The notes beneath the pieces were generated by a model, which was given only the letters and a program-made list of their open reading frames with translations, made no database searches and was not told where the DNA came from. Both the position numbers and the translations under genes were made by a program. Shown in pieces: positions 17,534 through 24,000 of a stretch of DNA of 24,000 nt (the stretch's first letter is position 1; every line of letters starts with the position of its first letter). The stretch is from Paenibacillus sp. KN14-4R (lineage in GTDB: Bacteria; Bacillota; Bacilli; Paenibacillales; NBRC-103111). Location of the stretch: NCBI RefSeq assembly GCF_052180255.1, contig NZ_CP197466.1:574922-598921 (forward strand), given 5' to 3'.

Positions 17534-19333
17534 GTGGGCGCCATCAAACGTAAGGGTTTGACATATAAGTATTTAAAAGTGTTTATCCTGCTCATTGTGA
17601 TCCCCATTTTCTTTATCAACTTTTTAATTTATACCGTTTACTCGCAGATTTTAATGAACAATTCGATTGATCGTAACTTGCAAGCGATGGAGCAGATTTC
17701 GTTTGCGGTTGAGAGTGAGATTAAGCGGTTAATATTCGCTGCTGCGAGCATTGCCAACGGTAATAAGAATGAAATTGTCGAGCTGGTGACGAATTGGAAT
17801 CGAGCCGAAGATTTATCTACGAAGTTCCATTACTCGGATGATATTGACGCACGACTTGGTTATTTATTTAACTATCGAAGTGATTTACAGGCTGTCATAT
17901 TCTTTTTCCGAGATCAAGGTCATTATTTTTATAAAAGTGGGTTAAGTCTGTCCGAAGATGATGTTCGTGAGCTGCAACCCTATCGGGCCGCACTTCAGCA
18001 CAAAGGAAGGGCTGTCGTTCCTGGAGCACTGAAGACGATTACGGAGAACACGAAGGATAAATATTTACTCTCTATCTTGCTTAGTCCTGATGTCAATGGC
18101 GCGCGCAACGATGTAGAGATGATTTATATGGCATTGCAGACGAGCTACTTGGATACTTTTTACTCGGGTTTTAAGTACAATCGGATCGGCGAAATGCTCA
18201 TTTTGGATGAGAATGGAACGGTTGTCGTCAGCCAAAATAAGAATCTGATGGGTACAAAGCTTGACCATTATGATGCACTTAAGCCGTATTTAGGTACGGA
18301 TGCGAAATCCGTTAAAATGGATATAAATGGTAGTAAGAAGATGATTACAACGTTCCCGATCGAGACGACGAACTGGAGCATTGTGAACGAGATGGATTAT
18401 CAAGTCATTACGCAGGATATCTCCAAAGTCTTCCGTATTTCGATCCTGATTTCAGTAGCGATTATTGTCCTGTTTTTTGTCTTTTCTATCTTGTTCTTTA
18501 GAGGGATATTAAATCCTGTTAATGATTTGATTCGTAAAATGAAAGATGTGGAACGCGGCAATTTTGATGCCAAAATTGATTTGAAGGGGGATGGTGAAAT
18601 TCGTCATCTGAGTCATACCTTTAACAAAATGACGACCGAGATTAAGCTTCTAATGGAAGAGCGAGACTTGAAGGAACGAGAGCGAAGTCAGGCTGAGATT
18701 GAAGCCTTACAATCGCAGATTAACCCGCATTTTATTGCAAATACATTAAATTCAATTCGGCTTATGGCCATGATTGCTAAGGTTGACAGCATCCGAAAGA
18801 TGATCGAAGCTTTTACGAAGTTACTCTCGAATTCTTTTGGCAGGGGAGGAACGCTAGCGTCGGTTCAACAAGAAATGGAAAGCTTGGAGAACTATATCTA
18901 CATCATGAAAGTTCGATATGGAGAGCAGTTTGATGTTCAGTTCGATATGGAAGATCAGATTCAAGATTACATGATGCTCAAGATGCTGCTTCAGCCGATT
19001 ATTGAGAATGCAATCCTACACGGTGTGAATCAAATTGAGCACAAAGGGATGATTACCGTTCGAGGTTACAAGCAAGGTGAGGGATTGTATTTTGAGGTTA
19101 CGGATAATGGGGTAGGGATGACAGAGCAGCAGCTTCAGCAGTTAATGGCTCGTGGCAGTCGGATTAAATACGGCTTTAACAGCATTGGAATGCGGAATGT
19201 AGATCAGCGTATCAAGCTGAACTATGGTCAGCAATATGGACTTGAAGTTGAGAGTGTCATTGATCAATTCACACGGGTTCAGATGTATCTACCGATCATT
19301 ATGAATGAAGGCGAGGAGAATCCGCATGTATAA
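17534..19333 (+). CDS. Two-component sensor histidine kinase, YesM type (HisKA_7TM-independent, HAMP + His_kinase + HATPase)
   Basis: N-terminal TM, extracellular sensor region, second TM and HAMP (NPVNDLIRKMKDVERGNFDAKI), ALQSQINPHFIANTLNSIRLMA, LLQPIIENAILHGVNQ, GLYFEVTDNGVGM. Start codon (GTG 17534) uncertain. Confidence 0.93.
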   Translation: MGAIKRKGLTYKYLKVFILLIVIPIFFINFLIYTVYSQILMNNSIDRNLQAMEQISFAVESEIKRLIFAAASIANGNKNEIVELVTNWNRAEDLSTKFHYSDDIDARLGYLFNYRSDLQAVIFFFRDQGHYFYKSGLSLSEDDVRELQPYRAALQHKGRAVVPGALKTITENTKDKYLLSILLSPDVNGARNDVEMIYMALQTSYLDTFYSGFKYNRIGEMLILDENGTVVVSQNKNLMGTKLDHYDALKPYLGTDAKSVKMDINGSKKMITTFPIETTNWSIVNEMDYQVITQDISKVFRISILISVAIIVLFFVFSILFFRGILNPVNDLIRKMKDVERGNFDAKIDLKGDGEIRHLSHTFNKMTTEIKLLMEERDLKERERSQAEIEALQSQINPHFIANTLNSIRLMAMIAKVDSIRKMIEAFTKLLSNSFGRGGTLASVQQEMESLENYIYIMKVRYGEQFDVQFDMEDQIQDYMMLKMLLQPIIENAILHGVNQIEHKGMITVRGYKQGEGLYFEVTDNGVGMTEQQLQQLMARGSRIKYGFNSIGMRNVDQRIKLNYGQQYGLEVESVIDQFTRVQMYLPIIMNEGEENPHV

Positions 19334-20948
19334 AATGTTAATTGTGGAAGATGAGCACATTGTCAAAGTGGCACTGAAGTCATTAATTAACTGGAACGAG
19401 TATGGCTTTGATTATACATACGAAGCGTCTAACGGCAAGCAGGGTTTGGATATCCTGAAGCAGCATCCAGACATTGATGTTGTGATTACGGATATTAATA
19501 TGCCTATTATGGATGGTCTGCAGATGATCAAAGAGATCCGGAATTTGGGGCTCTCTCCGCAGATTATCATTCTAAGTGCGTATGATGATTATGTGTTAGT
19601 TCGGCAAGCCCTTAAATTACAAACGTCCGATTACATGTTGAAAAATGAGATGGACTCCGATCATATGATTCATTTACTGAAAGAAATGAAAATCAAGTTG
19701 GAAGCCAAAAGCTATGAGCGTCAAAGTATTCATTACCCACCGAGTGTTAATAAATTGTCTAAAGAGCATGTGTTCAAGCAAATGACGAGCAGCAAATGGA
19801 CTTCGGAAATGCAAGAGAAGATCGAAGAGCAGCAGATTCGTTTGACATCACGTAATCTTATTGTCTGCTACATCTGGATTGATGACTATGATGCAATAAC
19901 GGATAAATATGATGAACCGACACAGAAAACGTTCGAGACGACCGTTCTGAATATTATGTATCAATGTTTGGATGAGGCCAATGTGGGAGAAGCCTTTCAT
20001 CTAACGAAGCAGCAGTATGCCTGTGTTGTCTCACTGCCGAGTACCGGACTTAGTCAAATCCGACATGCGCTGACGGAATTGTTATCCCAAATCGCTTCCA
20101 ATTTAAAGCATTACATGAATATTAGTGTTTCAATCGGAATTAGTGATGTGCGCACAGGCTTTGAACAAATTCAATCTCTGTTTACACAGGCGCAGAAACA
20201 TGCCAGTCTTCGCTTTATTTTTGGGAAATCAAGGCTTATTTTTCCAGAGCATGCAGCAGCCTTTGTTGGAACGGCAAGTACTCGACTTTCAGGTAAGGAA
20301 GCTGCATATATCCAAGCTTTAAAAGATGCAGATCAAGATCAGGCATTACTCGAACTTGAACACTTATTCTCGATTATTGTTCAGACGATGTCAGATCAAA
20401 TCGATGATTTGTATGGGCAATATAGGGAACTGCAATTTATCGTAATGCGATATATTTATGATCTAGGAGAAGAAGCGGAAGAAATGAATCGGATCGCAAA
20501 GCAGTTGTATTATACGATGACGAAATTTGAGACATGTGAAGAGATACATATGTCTATGCGTGACATGACAGTGAATATTATTACGTTCATGAAAACTCGT
20601 AAAGATACGACAATCATTAGTGCTGTTAACCGCGCCCAGCAATTTATCAGAGCGAATTATTGTGAAGACTTAACCTTGAAGATGGTTAGTGATTTTGTGG
20701 AATTAAGTGAGAGTCATTTCAGTCATATGTTCTCCAAGGAAACCGGAGGGACTTTTACCGATTTTCTGACCAAGACTCGGGTAGAGCGGGCGAAGGAGCT
20801 TATTGCGACGACGAATATGAAGGTGTATGAAATTGCGGAGAAAGTGGGGTATACGAATACGGAGCATTTTAGCCGTGTATTCAAAAAAGTAACGGGCTTT
20901 TCACCTGCACATTTTAAGCAATGCGAATCGATGCCGGGAATCCAATGA
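19326..20948 (+). CDS. Response regulator with C-terminal AraC-type HTH, YesN type
   Basis: MYKMLIVEDEHIVKVALKSLINW...DVVITDINMPIMDGLQMIKEIR...LSAYDDYVLVRQAL receiver; FVELSESHFSHMFSKETGGTFTDFLTKTRVERAKELI HTH. ATG 19326 overlaps the end of the kinase gene. Confidence 0.95.
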   Translation: MYKMLIVEDEHIVKVALKSLINWNEYGFDYTYEASNGKQGLDILKQHPDIDVVITDINMPIMDGLQMIKEIRNLGLSPQIIILSAYDDYVLVRQALKLQTSDYMLKNEMDSDHMIHLLKEMKIKLEAKSYERQSIHYPPSVNKLSKEHVFKQMTSSKWTSEMQEKIEEQQIRLTSRNLIVCYIWIDDYDAITDKYDEPTQKTFETTVLNIMYQCLDEANVGEAFHLTKQQYACVVSLPSTGLSQIRHALTELLSQIASNLKHYMNISVSIGISDVRTGFEQIQSLFTQAQKHASLRFIFGKSRLIFPEHAAAFVGTASTRLSGKEAAYIQALKDADQDQALLELEHLFSIIVQTMSDQIDDLYGQYRELQFIVMRYIYDLGEEAEEMNRIAKQLYYTMTKFETCEEIHMSMRDMTVNIITFMKTRKDTTIISAVNRAQQFIRANYCEDLTLKMVSDFVELSESHFSHMFSKETGGTFTDFLTKTRVERAKELIATTNMKVYEIAEKVGYTNTEHFSRVFKKVTGFSPAHFKQCESMPGIQ

Positions 20949-20990
20949 TATATCATGTTAACCGAAAAATACATCATTAATTCCGCTAGT

Positions 20991-21008
20991 TGTAAGCGCT
21001 ATTATTAG
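20991..21008 (+). promoter_or_regulatory. cre-like element upstream of the permease genes
   Basis: TGTAAGCGCTATTATTAG. Identical to 15988-16005 except at position 17. Confidence 0.5.
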
Positions 21009-21056
21009 TGTGTACATACGTCATGCATGCTTTATTTCGAGGAGGCGGACAGGATC

Positions 21057-21947
21057 ATGCTTACACTAGCTAGGCAAAAAACGTTATTGCTTATTACTTT
21101 CTTGTTTATCCCGGTCATTCTGCTTATCTTATTCGTTATTTATCCGACATTCGAATTGTTTCGAATTAGCCTTACAGACTGGGATGGTCTGAGTAAGACG
21201 CAAAATTATGTTGGAATAAGTAATTTCGTTAAGGTATTTACAGAATCAGCTGATATTTGGCTTTCACTGAAGAACAATTTGATTTATTTTATTGCACATT
21301 TGATTTTTATACCGATTGAATTAATGATAGCTATTGTGCTTGATAGTAAGATTCGCGCCAGTAAATTTTTTAAGACAATGGTATTCATGCCCTATATTAT
21401 TAATGGGGTTGCCATTTCGTATATTTTCGCTTTCTTTTACAGTCCGATGAATGGTGGATTGAACGGCATTCTAGAGATGCTAGGTCTTGATTCTCTCATT
21501 ACAGGTTGGTTAACGAATGAACATGTCGTCAATTTCAGCTTGGTGATTGTGTCCTTATGGCGGTTTAGTGGCTTTCACATCATTTTATTTCTCGCAGGTC
21601 TACAATCGATTCCGCGGGATCAGATTGAAGCTGCGATGATCGATGGTGCCACGGTTATCCAGAGATTTAAGTACATTATGATTCCAGGCGTTATGCGTGT
21701 CCTGCAAATCTTATTGTTCCTTAATGTTAATGGTGCGCTGCAAGTGTTCGATATTCCTTATATTATGACGCAAGGTGGACCTGGTCACGATAGCAGTACG
21801 TTTACACTCTACACGCTAGAGACTGCCTTTAAGTTTAACAGTTTTGGAATGGCTTCTACGATGGGAATTACGATGTTGTTCTTTATTATCATATTGAACT
21901 GGATTCAGAATCGGGCGTTAAGAACGAAAGGAGTGGGTGAAGAATGA
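21057..21947 (+). CDS. Carbohydrate ABC transporter permease (CUT1, MalF-like)
   Basis: EAA loop EAAMIDGATVIQRFKYIMIPGV; six TM-type segments. ATG 21057 follows GGAGGCGG; the track start at 21027 lies upstream of that SD. Confidence 0.93.
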   Translation: MLTLARQKTLLLITFLFIPVILLILFVIYPTFELFRISLTDWDGLSKTQNYVGISNFVKVFTESADIWLSLKNNLIYFIAHLIFIPIELMIAIVLDSKIRASKFFKTMVFMPYIINGVAISYIFAFFYSPMNGGLNGILEMLGLDSLITGWLTNEHVVNFSLVIVSLWRFSGFHIILFLAGLQSIPRDQIEAAMIDGATVIQRFKYIMIPGVMRVLQILLFLNVNGALQVFDIPYIMTQGGPGHDSSTFTLYTLETAFKFNSFGMASTMGITMLFFIIILNWIQNRALRTKGVGEE

Positions 21948-22819
21948 AGGTAGATGTTGGACTTAATCGGAACACACCTGCCATTTCATTTAATCGCACG
22001 CGGTTTTTTAGTCTTGCTGCTAGGTATGTCTTGCTTGCAGCAATCTGTGTGATTGTTGTTATCCCGCTGCTGATTGCCATCTTTTCTTCTTTTAAAACTT
22101 CGGTTCAGATCGGTTTAGAATTTTCGTTACGACCGCCCTCAGAGTTCAATTTGGACAATTATAAAATCGTATTTACACAAGGTAATATATTTACCGGCTT
22201 TTTAAACTCTATGATTCTTGTCGTGGTAAGTGTCGTGGTCAATGCGTTATTGAGTGCGATGACGGCTTATTGTTTGAATCGCTTTGATTTTAAATTAAAA
22301 AAAGTCATACTCGGTTTATTCGTAGTCGGAATGATTATGCCTGCGATGATCACGGAAATCTCAAGATTCACAGTCATTAAGAACTTGCATCTGTACAATA
22401 CGATCTGGGCACCCATTGTGATCTATGCGGCAGCAAATCTGATGCAGCTGTATATTTATTTTCAATTTATGGAGAAGATCCCTCGCTCGTTAGATGAGAG
22501 TGCGTTGATTGACGGAGGGAATTATTTTACTGTTTTTTGGAAAATTGTATTCCCGCTCATGGCACCCGCTACAGCTACACTGGCGATTATTAAGGCTGTT
22601 GATGTCATCAATGATATGTACGTACCGTACTTGTATATGCCTTCGGAGAAGCTGCGAACCTTAACGACGACATTGATGTATTTTAGCAGTTCGAAATTCG
22701 GGGCATGGGAATACTTGAGTGCGGCAATTGTAGTTGTTATGCTGCCGACATTGCTTATTTATCTGATCTTTCAAAAGTACATTTTTGCAGGTATTGTTGC
22801 CGGGGCAGTTAAAGAATAA
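21944..22819 (+). CDS. Carbohydrate ABC transporter permease (CUT1, MalG-like)
   Basis: ESALIDGGNYFTVFWKIVFPLMAP EAA loop; start overlaps the upstream stop (ATGA). Confidence 0.93.
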   Translation: MKVDVGLNRNTPAISFNRTRFFSLAARYVLLAAICVIVVIPLLIAIFSSFKTSVQIGLEFSLRPPSEFNLDNYKIVFTQGNIFTGFLNSMILVVVSVVVNALLSAMTAYCLNRFDFKLKKVILGLFVVGMIMPAMITEISRFTVIKNLHLYNTIWAPIVIYAAANLMQLYIYFQFMEKIPRSLDESALIDGGNYFTVFWKIVFPLMAPATATLAIIKAVDVINDMYVPYLYMPSEKLRTLTTTLMYFSSSKFGAWEYLSAAIVVVMLPTLLIYLIFQKYIFAGIVAGAVKE

Positions 22820-22881
22820 TGCTATAGGTATGGCATTATTATCCCGTCAGCGGCTATACTAAACATGAAGGAGGGATCCTT

Positions 22882-23787
22882 ATGTCTGTACAAAGCCGCT
22901 CATCACTCATCGCAGTTTGGATTTCACTCCTAGCTAATATTGTGTTAACGGGTATGAAACTGATTGTCGGTTTTTTGTTTCAATCGCAAGTATTAATTGC
23001 AGATGGTATTCATAATGCGGGCGATGTGATCGCAGTTGCGACTGCTTATAGTGCAATGCGAGTATCGAATAAGCCAGCGGACGATGATCATCCTTATGGA
23101 CATGGGAAGGCAGAAGTGCTTGGCGCTTTCATGGTCGCGATTATCCTCGGATTAGCTGCAGTTTATATGGGCTTCCATGCCGTTGATGCATTCTTTGGAC
23201 CTGCGCCAAGTGTACATATTATCGCCTTTATTGCTGCCATCGTATCTTTAATAATCAAACAGGTATTGTACGTTTATACCATGCGTGTAGGACGAGAAGC
23301 GAATTCCAAGGGACTCATTGCAACGGCTTATGATCATCTTGCAGATGTTTATGCTTCTATTGCAGCAGCTGCGGGTATTGGGATTGGGCTTTTAGGCGAC
23401 TTCTATCATATTCCGATCCTTGCTTACGGGGACCCCATTGCGGGACTTATCGTTTCTTTTCTCGTATTAAAACTGGCTTGGGAGATGGGGAAGGAATCGT
23501 ACGATATTCTAATGGAGAAGTCCGTGGCACCAGAGGAACTGGATGCATTTGCTGCATTGATTAGTTCCGTACCTGAGGTTAAAAGGATTGATCGTCTTCG
23601 TGCACGCGAGCATGGTCACTATACGCTGGTTGATGCACGAGTTAGTGTGCTAGGAACGTTAAGCATTCAGGAAGGCCACGATGTTATTCGTGTGATGAAG
23701 AACAGTATTATGATGGCTTACCCAGAAGTGGATGAAGTACTTGTTCACTTAAATCCGTGGTATCCAAAAGACGATAATCGAGGGTGA
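22882..23787 (+). CDS. Cation diffusion facilitator family transporter
   Basis: VLIADGIHNAGDVIAV, DDDHPYGHGKAEVLGA, ATAYDHLADVYAS, and cytoplasmic C-terminal domain (VPEVKRIDRLRAREHGHYTLVDARVSV). Confidence 0.93.
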   Translation: MSVQSRSSLIAVWISLLANIVLTGMKLIVGFLFQSQVLIADGIHNAGDVIAVATAYSAMRVSNKPADDDHPYGHGKAEVLGAFMVAIILGLAAVYMGFHAVDAFFGPAPSVHIIAFIAAIVSLIIKQVLYVYTMRVGREANSKGLIATAYDHLADVYASIAAAAGIGIGLLGDFYHIPILAYGDPIAGLIVSFLVLKLAWEMGKESYDILMEKSVAPEELDAFAALISSVPEVKRIDRLRAREHGHYTLVDARVSVLGTLSIQEGHDVIRVMKNSIMMAYPEVDEVLVHLNPWYPKDDNRG

Positions 23788-23791
23788 GTAG

Positions 23792-23830
23792 AAATAGAGG
23801 TAGCTCCTGCTTAGGGGCTACCTCTATTTT
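23792..23830. terminator. Bidirectional terminator between CDF transporter and convergent kinase gene
   Basis: Perfect 13-bp arms AAATAGAGGTAGC (23792-23804)/GCTACCTCTATTT (23817-23829) plus inner pairs. Its right arm overlaps the stop codon of the minus-strand gene. Confidence 0.85.
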
Positions 23831-24000
23831 ATAGCTGGGAAGGACAGAGTTACGATGGTGCCTTTTCCAATTTGACTGTCAAAATGAATCGTCCCCTCCA
23901 TCTCTGTGACAAGTCGGAATGTAACCATAACCCCAAGACCCGTTCCCGTTGTCTTAGTGGAATAGAATGCTTTACCGATGGAAAGAAGCTGTTCTTTGGA
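23824..24000 (-). CDS. Sensor histidine kinase, C-terminal HATPase fragment (truncated by window edge)
   Basis: Minus-strand translation SKEQLLSIGKAFYSTKTTGTGLGVMVTFRLVTEMEGTIHFDSQIGKGTIVTLSFPAIK* contains the G2-box (TGTGLG) and KinA/KinB-like end. Not in the ORF track. Confidence 0.88.
   Translation of the reverse strand, partial: SKEQLLSIGKAFYSTKTTGTGLGVMVTFRLVTEMEGTIHFDSQIGKGTIVTLSFPAIK

Noticed and set aside
1-24000. Search for CRISPR arrays, transposase or integrase genes, restriction-modification, toxin-antitoxin or other defence modules
   Set aside because: No regularly spaced direct repeats, insertion-sequence ends or corresponding protein signatures were seen on either strand.

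Overview
The window looks like ordinary chromosomal DNA from a low/mid-GC Firmicute, most like Paenibacillus (inferred from gene content and protein style). It is densely coding and every sizeable ORF is accounted for. Contents in order: partial mutY; AraC regulator with GyrI-like domain; sodA (-); uncharacterised beta-sandwich-like protein (-); UbiA/MenA-like prenyltransferase (-); VOC protein (-); GNAT acetyltransferase; DUF402/Ntdp-like phosphatase; queG; ogt; lipoprotein-like FAD oxidoreductase; variant HD-GYP protein; YneF/UPF0154; folE; AraC regulator (-) divergent from a GH35 beta-galactosidase; IclR regulator; a carbohydrate-uptake locus (binding lipoprotein, YesM-type kinase, YesN-type regulator, two permeases, no ATPase gene); CDF transporter; and the C-terminus of a convergent histidine kinase. 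I found no CRISPR array, mobile element, rRNA, tRNA, defence island or phage module, and no convincing previously undescribed system. The observations worth a second look are mostly regulatory: an identical 16-bp cre-like block before both transport transcription units; two abutting cre-like sites just upstream of a sigma-A-like promoter; three alternating half-sites downstream of the IclR gene's putative -10 box; and elaborate terminators or attenuators. Protein-level oddities are a degenerate HD-GYP, an apparently exported FAD protein, an uncharacterised protein, and a sharp GC rise inside the iclR-like gene. All family assignments come from reading the translations by eye, with no database search.
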